This document shows positions 25,894 to 39,479 of a DNA stretch of 64,000 bases, piece after piece. The notes beneath the pieces are model-generated. The model was not told where the DNA came from. It did not search any database and saw only the letters and a list, made by a program, of their open reading frames with translations. Every line of letters begins with the position of its first letter. Position 1 is the stretch's first letter. The translations under genes and the position numbers were made by a program. The stretch covers positions 23,250,001-23,314,000 of the forward strand of contig NW_026889778.1 of NCBI RefSeq assembly GCF_033153115.1, given 5' to 3'. The DNA comes from Saccostrea echinata (taxonomy: Eukaryota).

Positions 25894-28800
25894 ATGTCAA
25901 AGATATATCTGAAAGTTCCACAGATTTCAAAATCTTTGCTGACAAGGACTTTTAAACAGTGTTTGAGGAAGAGATTCCAAGCATGTTGCAGTACCTCTCC
26001 AACGAACGAAACCCCCGAAAATACTCAAAGTTTCACAATATCAAACGCCAATCCAGGATTTTTAGAAGGGAAATTCATGGCTACTGACAAGTTTGGCAAA
26101 CTCTATATTGATGTACCGTTTGACATTCACATTGAGTCACTGAATCCAGACAAGTATCCAGAAATGAACAAAATGTTTGTAAAATTATTTTATGATCTAC
26201 AACCTGATGAAAAGGTGGATTCTTCTGTATTAGTGGCTCTGAGGCAGTGCTATACATTTAATGTGAACTTTAAAGATAAGAAAGAATTTACGGCAAAAGG
26301 GCACTTTAATTCTAAGGTGGAATACCCTGTCAAATGTGTTGTTCAATTACCCATGAAATTTGGTTGGTAGTTACTAGTCGTCTATATTTTACATATTAAT
26401 TGTGAATTTTACACAGACTTGTAAAGCCATTTTTTTGACTTTTTAAGTTTAAAACATCAAACAAAGTCAATTTTGAAATTATTAAATTTGAAATAAATTA
26501 GGAAATTAACCAATATTACAAGCATGTATACATGTGTATGTTTCTTAGGCATGAAAAAAGATGTCAGTATTTTTCTTTTTCATCATTTAGCACTGAACAG
26601 CACAGTTTTATATTTAAATTATATTGACATAGATCTTGATGTAACAGCTAGAGGATGTAGAACTCATATTGAAAAGATGGAGAGTGAGAAGATCACAGTC
26701 AAATCAAAGTCCGAGAGAGCAGCATCAACACAGTCAATCTGTACTCTAAAGAATATTAAGGTACCGTATATACTCGCCTATAAGACAGATTTTGGGGAGT
26801 AAGATTTTGGCCCCAAACACTATGTCCGACTTATAGGCGAGTCCTAGAAACATATTTTTTTTTCTCCACAGCAAATGGTACATGTAGTGTTTTTCTAAGA
26901 ACTCTGATGATTATCGTATGAAATTGATATGTAGAGAATGAAAGATTAAATATCAGTCTAATTTCCCAAAATATTTGTTGAATACATTTAAGTATTGATA
27001 TGAAACTGATTTGTTGAGAATAATAAAGAAAAAAATATTGGTGTCATTTCCCAACATATTATTTGAAACACAGGTAAAAAACATAAGATTATTGATCTGA
27101 AATTGTCAACTGATTCTATCAAAAGTTGTAGCAACTTATAAGAGGGTCAATGGCAAATCCCTCAAAAATGACCTAAAAATGTGCACAATCACTGACAATA
27201 TAAAATTTAAAACTAAACGCCAGTAAATGGAATGAAAGCATACTCCTGTAACTGTTTTTTTTTTATATAGCTACCTATATTTTCGAACTAAAATTAGTCA
27301 TTGTTAAAATGATCAGAAAAAACCCCAAACATGACCTTTTGCCACAGAATCATGATTTGTGGTACATATCTATGAACTATAAATTAATTTAAATTATATG
27401 ATGTATATACATGTAAGATCATAAAGATGAACATTTAATGTTTTAGTGTGGTACTGTGGAGGTGGAGGGGACAGATTGTGATGTCACAAGTGAGAAACTT
27501 CTACAGGGGAATTCCAAGATCACCATTAAAGGACAAGGGGTAGGTCAACAAACAAACAGCACAGCACTTTGTATAACATCCCTTTCAGGTTATTTATTGA
27601 TAATGATTACACAGTAACCATGGTAACTGAACACAACAGGGTGATCTTATGTATATTTCTAATGACATACTTTTGAAGCATTTTTTTCAGTTAAATGTTT
27701 CAAATGTTTAAATCGGTGTAAAATTTGAAGTTCATGGGAGCCATTTTTGTGGCAATTGGTACATGTGATAGAACTTTAATATACAGTGAAACTTGTTTAA
27801 TCTGGGTGTTGTGTATTCCAAAATCTTGCCTAATACGACGTCAGCTTCAAGTCCCTTCTAGTTAATTCAGTTGATTGAAATGTTGTCTAATCCGGCATGT
27901 TGTCTAAACTGGCCAATTTCTTTAGAACCAGTGGTGTCCAGATTAGACAAGTTTTACTGTATTACTCAAAAACTGAATACCATTTGAATTTTTTACTGCA
28001 GAACATTTCTGCAGAGAGACTACAGGGATTGACTATTCAGTGTCAAACAGACAATGGAAGCATTTCTGCAACCTCGGTGTATGGGGAGAACAATAGTTTC
28101 CATAGCAACACTGGAAATATCAGCCTTAATAACTGCCATGGTAAAACTGAGGTCAAGGTTAATTCTGGGGATCTCAAAATTGGTAAATGTTTAAATTTAG
28201 TCATTTTGATACCTTTGATTTTAGTTAATTCATACTAGTATATATACAGCAGGGATCTACATTAACTTTTTTTCCTACTTGTCCATTCGGACAAGTGACC
28301 AAGACATTTACTTGTCCGAACTTCAACTTCACTTGTCTGAAAATTTTTCAATAAAGATCTAATATTGTCAACTTAAAATAAAGTCCATTATATAGGTGCT
28401 TGATTGATTTGTGATCTTATTGATAAATAAAACAAACACATAATTAAAACAAAATTTTATCTAGACTTTCTGTCCTGACAACAACATAAATGTTCAAAGG
28501 CGAAACCGCTCAATTTGGAGAATCCAAACTTCATAAGATCCATGCCTTTTGCAATTTAAAATTGAAAGTAGTATGCAATAAATGAATTTTTCACTGGTAC
28601 CAGACAAGCAGACAAGCATTTATGTTGAGCCCTCTACAGTACATAATGTTAAAAGCTATATCTTTATTTAAATCAACTGAGTCAAAGGCTAAAGTGAGCT
28701 TTTCTGTTTGAAGTTTGTCTGTCGTCCATCTGTCATTTCACTTTTTAAACTTCTTTGCAAGAACCACTGGACTAATTTCAACTAAACTCAGCACAAAGCA

Positions 28801-31800
28801 TCTTTGGGTAAAAGGGATTCAGGGATATTCAAATGAAGGACCACATATTGAAAAGGGAGATAATCAAGAAAATGCAAAATAGAGGGTAGATGTCTTTCAA
28901 ATTCTTCTCAAGAACCACTGGACCAAAAAATATGAAATGCAAGTGAAAGCTTCCTGACATATAGTGTATATTCGATTTTGTTTAAATCATGGCCTCTGGG
29001 TGTTGAGTTGGGCCACATTTTTACATAGAAATATATAGGGAAAAATATAAAAGTCTTCAAGCACAGAAAGCCATGATTTAGTGATATTACTATGCAAGCA
29101 TTCTGAGATAATGTGGATACAAGTTTGTCCAAATGATGGCCCCAGTGGGTTGGATGGGGCCACAATAAAGGATCAAAGTTTTACATGGAACTGTGTAGAA
29201 AAAATCTTTAAATATCTTCTTTTCAAGAACATGGACATGATTAATGATGATAACATGTAAGCATCTTCAGAAAGTGTAGATTCAAGTTTGTTAAAATCAT
29301 GGTCTCAGGGGGTGTGGTAGAGCCACAATAAAGAATCAGAGTTTTAAATAGGAGGAATAGAAAATAATCTTTAAAAATCTTCTCAATAACAACAAGGCCA
29401 TGTTAAAACACCTAGTTTGGCATTTTTTGGAAGTTTTCAAGGAATACGTAGAGTTTATAGAGGATTGTAACATGATCTGTACATAATTAATTTTATTAAA
29501 TAAATAGACTTTCAAAAACCAGGGCTAAAAATCTTACTTATAATAAGATTTTTTTTTATAGATGGATTAGAGGGGGACTTTAATGGAGCTGTCAATGAAG
29601 GAAACACAGATCTGTACATAACAAAGCCAGAAAACATAGCCATTACAACAAATACAGGTTTGTCTGAACTGAAGGTCATTTCTTTGGTAAATGTTGAACA
29701 CCATCTCTTATCCTTGTATGAGAAATATCTGCAAGTTTGGAACCTTCTTTTACTCATGAATATTTATCTCCACAAATCATATATACAATTGTTTGTTTAT
29801 GTAGAATGTTTTCTCAGTCTAAAAAATTAATAGTAACTGTTGCAGATTGAAAAAAAAAAGTTGTCATTATTTTACCCTAGCTCTTTCATTGAGAAATGGA
29901 ATTGTCTGAAAAAAGCATGATTGTTACTATCCACTGGCAGGGAGCATTGATAGATACATGATTCGAATAGGTGATTTATCACTGATTATTCAATTATTTA
30001 AATGTATCTGTATCTTTTGTTGCAAATTTTATGAATATGTTATATCACCTAATCAAAGAAGTGACAGCAACAGTTCATATATTAGATGATATCTAATTAT
30101 TCAAATAGATGATACATGTATCACTTATTTGAATTCTTGATATCAACTCATTTTAGCAGTAGGACCTTCTTTTTTTTTAAACAAAAATCAATTTAAAGTG
30201 TGATGTTCTGTAGTTGAATAAGTATTGATACCTTTAATACAGATAAATTATACAACTTACTGAAATATTGCAGTTGGTGATATCAGCTATTCAATTAAGA
30301 AAAATGAATTGCTCAAATTTGAAGAGTTCAATTGTTATGTATTGCAAATGTCCCAGGGATCATAATTTGAATAAGAGCATATAGCACATCAAGAGAATGC
30401 TTATAACTGAGTTTAACATTCTGCAGCCCCAAAGTTCTTGATATGAGGAGATTTTGAAATTTACATTTCTTTGTAAAGCTTTGGATCCCTTTGTTACTTT
30501 TTTAATTAAAAAATCTTATCCTTTTCTAGTCGTAAAAGACTATAAAATTTTATTTGTACTACACATTGTATGTATCTAAGAATTCTTTGATTTTTATTTG
30601 GCTTTCAATTCTGATGGAAATAAGATCATTTTATATGGATCTATAAACTAACAGAATCGTTAGTGAAAAAAGCAAACAAACAATATCCTCGGATGATCAG
30701 AAGTAGAATAATTTTTATTTCCCTATTTTGCAATAAAAATTACCTATTATTTTTCAATTATATTAACATAATTCTAAAGGTAGATAACCCCTCCATCTTT
30801 ATTGACCTGTTAGTAATATCATTAGCTATGCAAGTCATTAACCTCAAATTTTGTTTACTACTTTAAAAAATGCAATATGTAAAATTGTCCAGACTTATAC
30901 TTACGTAAGTGTGAGTAATAGAGTAAGTTTCTAAATCTGTATTAAAGTGTGGGAACCGTTTGCGTAATTTTACCTAGAAATATTAGAGAGAAGGATATAT
31001 CTTAATACAGAAAATCCATCATCCATAGTGATAGGTAACATGTTCAGGATTAACTTTGTCATGTGTTTTGTCAGCAGTTTTTGTTGATGGTGACTGATGG
31101 GGGTCCAGATCTGTGCAAGGGAGGACCAACACCTTTACTATAATTTGTCTTGTCTCCATCATTATGTGATCTAGTATTGAATATTTTTGTCCTTTACTCA
31201 CAGTTTAAAAATGTGGGTCAGCTCAAAGAATGACATTTCATTCTGCAATGGAGTACATGTACATGGTCAGATGTTTATGTTTTTCTTCAAAGTTATCTTT
31301 AAGAGCTAAGAGCACTAGAAAATTTCTGGGACCATGCAAAATGCAGCAAACAGATCTCAGCTAAAATAAATTGTCAGTTGAGCTATTTGGGTATTTAAAT
31401 GTCAGTTTGTTGAAGAAATTATGGAACTTAGATAGGAATTGGATCTTATGCTGCACAGGTCATGTTTGTAGATCACAAAAAAAAAAAAAAAAAAAAAAAA
31501 AATGTGGTCAATATAGAAAAATGTTAATGTTTCTTTAGTGTTATATTTTGAATTAGGAAAAATGAAATACAAGTCAAAATCAAATCTGAAAATATTTTTA
31601 TAATTTTTTTTATTTATAATTTCGCTTATTCTTCTTTCCATGCCTAACAGTGACTTTTTGAATTCACCGACCCGCAAACATAGATTGCCTTCAACACAGA
31701 AGAGATTCTTTTCAAAATCGTACATGTATACCTGTTATTTTTTCACTGCTTTTTTGAATTTGTGATTTTATCAAGAGCACAATCATAGCAAACATTTACT

Positions 31801-34039
31801 CCACGTTAGTCATTTCCCCATATATAAACCGTCACGGTAGCTCAGTCGGTAGAGCGCTCGCTCCGTGATCGGATGGTCGTGTGTTCGAATCACGGCTGCG
31901 ACTGACCTAAGTCAATAAAAAGTAGGTAGCAACTGTTCCTTCGCCAAGCGCTCTCGGCACTTTGAAGTGAAAGTTGCGGGTCCTTCGGATGAGACCTTAA
32001 AAACAGAGGCCCCGTGTCACGGTAGGCGTTGGCACGATAAAGAACCGTCACTGCTCAATGGCCCTGGGTGCCGAGTAAAGGTCTAAATTTCAAGCCTTTC
32101 ACCAGTATATGGTGAAGTCTTTATATGAGTGAAAAATTCTCGAACGGGACGTAAAACAACATACAATCAATCAATCAATCCCTATATACAGTAATAAACG
32201 CTTTAGATGACACGAAGATGGATACTTGCTTTGTCTACATTAAAACGGACACCCTTTCCAAATTAAATTTAAAACAGCTGAAATGGGTTTAACCTTTCCC
32301 ATCTCAAAATCTTCTTTTCTTATTATTATAATGATATAATGAAACATGTAAAAGTGAACAGAATTTAATAAGGAAAAAAGCACAATTTAACATATAAGCC
32401 TATACAAAAGTTTTCACCTGTTTCTTAAATTCAATTCTCTGGTTCATCAACTTATTTGCAATCATAATCATTCTCCATCAATAATGAAAAAGGTGAAGAA
32501 AACGAACAGTGAGCGATCTCATAAACCTTGTAAACAATGCAAATCTATAAACAAGGCATAAACACGGACTCTCTAGAAACACCAGAGGTGGGATCAGGTG
32601 CCGAGGAGGAGTAAGCATCCCCTGTCTACAGGCCACACCCGCTGTGAGACTCCTGTATTGATCAGGTAAACGGAGTAATTCATAGTCAAAACCAGTGTAA
32701 AAACAATTGCCCAACAAATAGTTGAAACATGTCAGTAAAACTATTACCCAGTGATAGGTTGTATTTGCAAAACAACGTCATTATATCGACCATAATTTGC
32801 AAAATGCTTATTTAAACACGATCGTTGAAACCCATGTAAGGCCATCTTATTAGCATTTGTCAGTAGCCTGCCTCCGTTTAAAATTTGATCGTACTCGGAA
32901 CATGCTCTTGCATACCGAATAGATTGGGAGACATAAACACCACGTGCAGTTGGTTTTGGAATATTACCGTAGGGGAAGCTGATGATGAAAAAAGCTGAAG
33001 TCATCACGATTGATATGTATTTTAATTGTTAGTTGGCCATTAACTTCTATAGTCAGTAAAACTTCCAAATATGAAACAGATCAGGCATAATTTGTGGTTT
33101 CTTTTAATTTTTGTTCTGTGGAATATATCGAGTTGACATTTGAATGAAAAACGTCGTCTATATATCTAAATGTCCAATTGAAGGCCACAGCGAAAATTTT
33201 GGGAAAAAAGTTTTACATATGAAAATTACGTTAAATTCCCAAAGGATTATTTATTATCTTTTGATAGTAGTATTTTAAATTTTAGTGATATTACTCGTAA
33301 AATTTTTTAGACCTAGAGCATTCAGTTCACTCTTTTATGTACAATTTTAACAAAGAAACATGTTTTGGAGAATCTTTAATCAGCATATCATCTCATTTTT
33401 CGACCATTGAAAATCAAGATGATATCAAATTTCTTATAATAAACAATAAACATCACTCTATAAAATTCACCCCCACACAATAACTACCAATTTTGATACG
33501 CAGGTCATGTAAATAGACAAAGGGCATATAGAAAAAGGGGAACAAGAGAAGGCAGTTTATGACATCGTTGAATCTATTTTATTGCAGGAAACATAACACT
33601 GAAAGTTCAAGGAGAGGTCAATGCTTCTTTTGACCTCAGTGGATCAAAGGTCACTTACGACAGTTCTCTCTTATTTAATGACGTGAAATTTTCCGAAGAT
33701 GACCCCAGATCATTTAAAGGTAGGTTTAGACCTTTTTTAATTCTAGCCTAGTAGAATGATTTGAATTTGCAACCATTAGTTTTATTCGCAGTAAAATCGA
33801 AAGGAAAAAAGCCCAAAGTGTACAATATATGTACTTTTTTCTCGCACATTTGAAGTACATTAACAAACAATGGTATTGTACAACATTTTGTTTTAAATGA
33901 ATTTTAAAATTATTTTTTTTTTTTTGCAGGTAATCTTGGTGAAGGGGGAGGTAATATCTCTGCTACTTCCTCATCTGGAAGCATTGATGTGGAGGCATTT
34001 GATTGGTTAAAATCACTTAACCTGAAAAGAGGAGAATAA
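25894..34039 (+). CDS. FAM185A: Protein FAM185A-like (DUF4097/adhesin-like beta-strand repeats), 7 exons, 402 aa
   Basis: Exons 25894-26362, 26633-26760, 27447-27539, 28002-28182, 29562-29657, 33588-33719, 33930-34039; GT-AG and phase-compatible (1209 nt). Motifs PMKFDLDV, ERLQGLTIQCQTDNG, repeated G-[SND]-I strands and C-terminal DWLKSLNL match FAM185A as I recall it. AATAAA at 34087. Confidence 0.88.
26762..27185 (+). mobile_element. One-ended Tc1/mariner (pogo-like) MITE starting inside the FAM185A exon 2 donor
   Basis: TA-CCGTATATACTCGCCTATAAG terminus with internal inverted copy CTTATAGGCGAGT; right terminus not found. Confidence 0.6.
27782..27961. mobile_element. TA-flanked Tc1/mariner (Tigger-like) MITE
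   Basis: TA-CAGTGAAACTTGTTTAATCTGG ... CCAGATTAGACAAGTTTTACTG-TA. Confidence 0.8.
28250..28633. mobile_element. Degenerate hAT-like MITE
   Basis: CAGGGATCTACATTAAC ... TTTATGTTGAGCCCT ends with CTTGTC/GACAAG subterminal repeats; target duplication unclear. Confidence 0.5.
28667..29400 (+). mobile_element. Helentron-type element, same family as 1835-2723, 3'-truncated
   Basis: CTGAGTCAAAGGCTAAAGTGAGCTTTTCT head, AGAACCACTGG motifs and tandem core repeats. Confidence 0.75.
31829..32180 (+). mobile_element. tRNA-derived SINE (Deu/Nin-domain-like centre), copy 1
   Basis: A box GGTAGCTCAGTCGGTAGAGC, B box GTTCGAATC, central CTTCGGATGAGACC..AAAC.GAGGCCCC, (AATC)n tail. Confidence 0.9.
32485..33195 (-). 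mobile_element. Penelope-like retroelement fragment
   Basis: FRYIDD (near 33153-33170), GVYVSQSIRYARACS, frameshifts, and the shared 3' module. Confidence 0.85.
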
Positions 34040-34439
34040 AATATAAACAAAATATAATTTGTCAGGCTATTATGCGTAATGCATGAAATAAAAGACTATT
34101 TCAAAAACAAAGTCTGCGTTTCTCTTGTATAAAAGCTCTACATCTAACTCCTTGACAAAAGAACTGAATTTTTCTTGATATAAGTCACATAATTAGATGT
34201 TTTGCCGTCAATGTGATGCAATGCGTGTCGTTCATCATTTACAAATTTTGAATGAATTAGTTTAATTTATATGTACAGTAAGGTTTGCTTTAAACATTTG
34301 AAAACTTCCTGAACCGTTGATAGAGTAGACGGATAGAGAGAGCAAAGAAACAATACCATTTTGTTATACATGTACCTGTAAAAATTGTTTCCTATATAAA
34401 TCTATACTAAAACAAGTCTAACATTTCCAGTATTTTAAT

Positions 34440-34780
34440 GAGCGGTTATTAAAAAAATCGATGTTTGACCGCAGAATGAGATATTTGACCTGTCGATGAG
34501 ATATTGGACCGCTTAGGTTACACTGTGCACGGAATCTGCTAAATCTTATCTGAATTCGTTGGTGATCGACAGTGACAGAATTGACCGAGTTTTAGTGCAG
34601 GTAACGGAAATTTACATAATTGAAGCCACAAGATACATGTATTTCAAAAAAGGTATAACAAAAAATTTATTAACTGCATGTGTTCTCTGGCAACATGCGT
34701 TTTGTCGACACCTCGAACCAAACAGTTTGGTTCTTGGGTCCGACAAAACACATGTTGCCCTCGAACCCAGTCAATAAATA
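34440..34780. repeat. Small non-autonomous element ending in a 71-bp hairpin
   Basis: GGCAACATGCGTTTTGTCG...GAACCAAAC-A-GTTTGGTTC...CGACAAAACACATGTTGCC at 34689-34759; left boundary approximate. Confidence 0.55.
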
Positions 34781-35067
34781 TATGATGTCATTGTTTTTGA
34801 ATTTGATGTTTGATTTTCATTAGCATCATTTATGGTCCCAATTACAAGGTAAAGATCCCAAGAGAAAAAATTTCTTTTTCCTTCTTCCAAAGTTCAATAT
34901 TAATAAATATGAAGAACCATTAATATTACATGCAACAAGGACAGTTGATAATTTTAGGATGTTTGAATCTAATATTGTGTTTGATCAAGGTTATAAGCAG
35001 GAAAAACGAAATTCTTGTTAGATATTGCACGTGTAAACCTGAGTGTAAACCACGGACCTCTTGTTAA

Positions 35068-35818
35068 AGTAGATGGGCGAACAAGGCGAGCGAAATGCCT
35101 ATAGTGCAACACATATAAAGGTGTAAAATTAAATCTCAATTATAACAAAATTTTCTTTGATATTTCATCTAAAATTAAAGTATACCTTATGTAAAATCTC
35201 CTCAATTTGCAAAAATCTCACACAGATTGAAATTACTTGCCTATGAAATCGCATAACACACTAAAGAGGGGAAAAAGGATTTATTTCTCATACGGTTACA
35301 CGATTTTTCGATATGAGTGGGTCTTTGCTCCATTTTTTGGAAGTTTATCCTCAAAGTTTGCGTAAAAAAGATACATTTTTTGATTAACAAAAACATGGAG
35401 CAAAGACCCACTATACTTTAAAAATACACTTTATGACACAACATTCGCATTTTTCCGAGAAAAACTAGAAGCCCATTTAGTCATGGGTCATATCACAAAC
35501 ATGATTTAAATGCCACCCTTCATCAGGACTTGTGTAGTGGTTAGCGTGCTTGTCTCGAAAGAAAATGATACTCAGGATTTTTATTGCTAAGAGTTTGAAC
35601 CCCACGAACACCATGTTACTATAGTATTTTTTTTAAATAACAGAATAATTTTTGCCCAGAAAACTTTCCTCAGAAAAGTTATGTTTATCATAAGTTCATA
35701 AATTTCAATAATGAAACTTTTACTCTAATATTGATAAATACTGAATTCACAAATTGAATATGATTTTTATATATCTGAAGCTATAGGCATTCTGCACGCC
35801 TTGTTCACCCAATCTCCT
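35068..35818. mobile_element. Foldback DNA element with about 50-bp terminal inverted repeats
   Basis: AGATGGGCGAACAAGGCGAGCGAAATGCCTATAG / CTATAGGCATTCTGCACGCCTTGTTCACCCAATCT; TTAA on the left; inner inverted pair AGTGGGTCTTTGCTCCAT / ATGGAGCAAAGACCCACT. Confidence 0.7.
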
Positions 35819-38154
35819 TATTATTTAATAAAATTACAATGAAAATGATTTATTGGAAAGGAATAAAAAAAACATGTAGGGATCTTTTGCATACGACTCA
35901 ACAATTAAAACACATTCTATAGCATATTCTAATATTGACAGCTGTGTGTGTGTGGCATTGAAATCTCAGAAGTACGTTGAAATTTTATTGGCCATGCTAC
36001 CGATTTCATCACAGATTCATGTCCAAAAATATAAATGCAGAAATTATATCTATTAATCAGCCAGTTAAAGTCATAACATCCAATATGAGGTTTCCCCATA
36101 TCTTTTGATCAAAGACATGTTGCATCCAATAGCGGCACACAATATGTATACTGAAAAGCAAATGAAAATAATTTTAATCTGGTATGCAAATGATTTGTAA
36201 ATCAGATTGGACTTTAAATATTTCATATAACAAATTTACACATTTTAGAGCATCAAGGCTAACATATGAAGCCTATGTTTCATATGTTTGATATGAAACA
36301 TATTAAAAGTTGAGAAAATGCTAAGTATAATTAAGATTTTAAACAATGAAGTTTTTTAATTCTAACAAGAGGACAGCAGCGCTACCATATGGTACTAAAA
36401 CCAATGGAAACTCTGCTAACGAATTAATATTCATCATGGCATTAGTGATCTATAAATCACTGTAACATTAACAATTTGACATTTCCAAATATCACTAAAT
36501 AAAATGCACACTGCTGTTTGATTATAGGGAGGACACTTATTGAACAATAAGTCTAACAATCAGACGGGGAAGAAAGAAAAAATCCAACAAGGAAGCCGAA
36601 ATATCTAAATATTTCATTAATTTATAACCACTATAGGTAAATCCTGTTTTTAAACACAAATCTTCGTCAGGGAAAAATTAATAAAAAAAAATGCTTGAAT
36701 TTTTTTATTACTATTATTAGTAATGATAAATATATAACTTGTGAAATATGACAATTTTTTTAATTTCATAAGAACATCTTTACTTTTTGTTTTGACATTC
36801 ATTCTGAACGCTAAATCACCATGGACTTCTTTTTGGAAAACAAGGAATTTATTTTGCAATCAAGATATCGCCGATTGGAGCAAAGTCATGCTTAATATGT
36901 TATATTAATTGTTTTGGCAGAAAGCTCCACAATTTTTAAGTTCGCAATTTTTTCTAAGAAATTTCTTTTTCCCTCATCATTTTTCAATAATGATGAAGTG
37001 TCATCTTTTATCGTTTATGACTCTGAGTTGTGGAAAATTTTGCAAATCGATAATTATTTTCTTAAATATTCCAGTCACATATACAACTGCATATAGGCAA
37101 GGAAGTCTAATACAGACAGTCATGATAATTCACTCTTCATTGAAGTTTTAAATTTTAATTAATGCAATTCTATGCATATATGAGAAGGTTTATCGAAGTA
37201 TCGATTTTAAGTAAGCAGGAAGATTTGAAATGCATTGCTTCTATCCTGAAGTAATTTCATGAATATAAGTCGATTGCGGATTTACAATTATCATAAAACA
37301 AAGAAAGAAATTTCTTTAAGGTTCCAATCATGAGACATTGAACAATAGTGTTTCAGAGGAAATGCTGATGTGCTTCTTTAAATGATAAAATTCAAGAGCT
37401 ATTACTGAGAACGTAAACTTGCTTACTAAATATGATAAGAATGATTTATGATAATTCATAAATATATCAATGAATCATAAATCAGCTATTGAAGGAAACT
37501 GACATTTTGGGGGCGAGATGTATGAATATTTTAAACGTGGACCAATGATGAATTGCTAATAAGAACGATTTAGAAATACTTGTTCTCAAATAGGGAAGTT
37601 TAATAAAGAATACGAAAACATTTAGTTTTTTTAATTCAGCAATCATTTTTAATCATATGCTTATCCAAAAATTATATAAAAAAATTGGATCGGAATTGCA
37701 TAACAATAGAGAGTTTACTTGAATGCATCCTAGGGAAGTTTAATTGGGAAATGATAAATAAGGCAGCTTAACGCTGTTTTTGTTTGCAATTCATTATTGA
37801 AAATATTGATTGTATACCTTCTCTTCATTGAATATGATAAACTGAGTGTATCTGATATTCAATGAAGGATTAAGTAATCTTCATGTACACTGTACTTGTA
37901 CATACATGTATACCCATTCTTCATTTTGAAAACCATTTTGAAGTAAAAGTATTAAAATTTCAGAAACTTTACATTAAATGTTATCAATGTTTCCTTATTT
38001 CATCTGATTATTGATAGTGAATTTCCACATTTTGCATTGCTGGTAACTTTCATGATTATAAAAGTAATTGAAAACCATTGATTTTCTCCTAAATTATGCT
38101 ACAAGTATTTTTTCTGTGTTTATAGCATTTATTACCAGAACTCCCATTAAATTC

Positions 38155-38471
38155 TGACCGTCACGGTAGCTTCGTCGGTAGAGCGCTCCCTCCGTGATCG
38201 GAAGGCCGTGTGTTCAAATAACTGTCGTGACTGACCTAAGTCGATAAAAAAAAAAATAAGTAGCAACTGTTCCTTCACCAAGCGCTCGGCACTTTGAAGT
38301 GAAATTTGCGGGTCCTTCGGATGAGACTTAAAAACCGTGTCACAGTAGGCGTTGGCACGATAAAGATTCCTCACTACTCCATGGCCCTGAGTGCCGAGTT
38401 AAAGTATAAATTTGAAGCCCTACATGAGTGAAAAATTCTCGAATGGAACGTAAAACAACATACAATCAATC
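38155..38471 (+). mobile_element. tRNA-derived SINE, copy 2
   Basis: Same family as 31829; perfect 15-bp target duplication ACTCCCATTAAATTC (38140-38154 and 38472-38486). Confidence 0.92.
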
Positions 38472-39454
38472 ACTCCCATTAAATTCACTCTTATCTCTTC
38501 AACATTCAACATGTTATTGCAGTAGAAAATTCTTGTTTTAATGTTAATAGTGCATAAATATATGTTTAAGTACTTGTATAATTTCGAAGAAAAAATAATA
38601 CTGTCTGTAGATAAGCTAATGAGATACCATTACGACACACTTCCATGTCAGTGGTATTTGTAATTTACCAATTACACGAAGCTATGACAATTAGGAGGTT
38701 CTTATCAAATGACTTTTTGATTTATATTCATTAACCACAAAATGAAAACGATTTCATTTTTTATGTGGCATCGTGCAAATGAGAAAATTGAAAATGATTT
38801 CTATCGAATTATTAGTCATATGGTGATGAGAACACCTGTTTAAATTTATAGAAATTGATCATAGGTGGGACATAGGTGGAGTAAATTTATTTTAGTTTGG
38901 TGTGACGTAGGAAATTCTTCATATTGTGTCTAAAGAGCTGTTGTAATTTTTTAAATGAACTTTTATGCTATTTTTTTTTTTCAAAATATTTTAATTACAG
39001 TTACCAAAATTTTGTTGGATTATATCCAAAATCAAATGTAATCAAAATCAAATCAACTTGACATACTTTTTTAACACATTATAAAAATAAAGTAGAACAA
39101 AAAGTACAGTTCAGATCCTTCATAATTTCTTATGGTAAACTCATATGTACCAGTCAGTGTTAGAAAATATAATGTTTCTAATAAAAAGGTAAATTATCTA
39201 AATTTAAATTTGTTTTTGAAATGTATATGACTCACTAGAATTCTAAGGCCTGTAATCTAAATATGTTCCTTTTCTGCGTGGGAAAATCTGTCAAATCCGC
39301 TATTTTTTCAACGTTTATTAATGCACGCAGCACATATTTTAATAATGAACATATTAATGTTCAACTCTAAATATTTTTAGCCTTACCTCTAACAATGAGC
39401 CAAAAGTGATGCAAATACTTTTTTAACAGAAAGTCGATGTATGATTGAAGTTTC

Positions 39455-39479
39455 AGAGAGAGAGAGAGAGAGAGAGAGA
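39455..39479. repeat. (AG)n microsatellite
   Basis: About 12 AG units. Confidence 0.9.

Noticed and set aside
29512-29757. - strand ORFs overlapping real exons (also 58197-58466, 59650-59847, 61372-61578)
   Set aside because: Antisense shadows of FAM185A and CLCA exons.
31829-31905. tRNA gene (also at 11308, 38158, 44001, 46265, 50985)
   Set aside because: No intact cloverleaf; most continue into SINE bodies with tails and target duplications.
31983-32015. Hammerhead ribozyme in the SINE core (GGATGAG...AAAC)
   Set aside because: Lacks the CUGAUGA and GAAA core with flanking stems; better explained as a conserved SINE domain.
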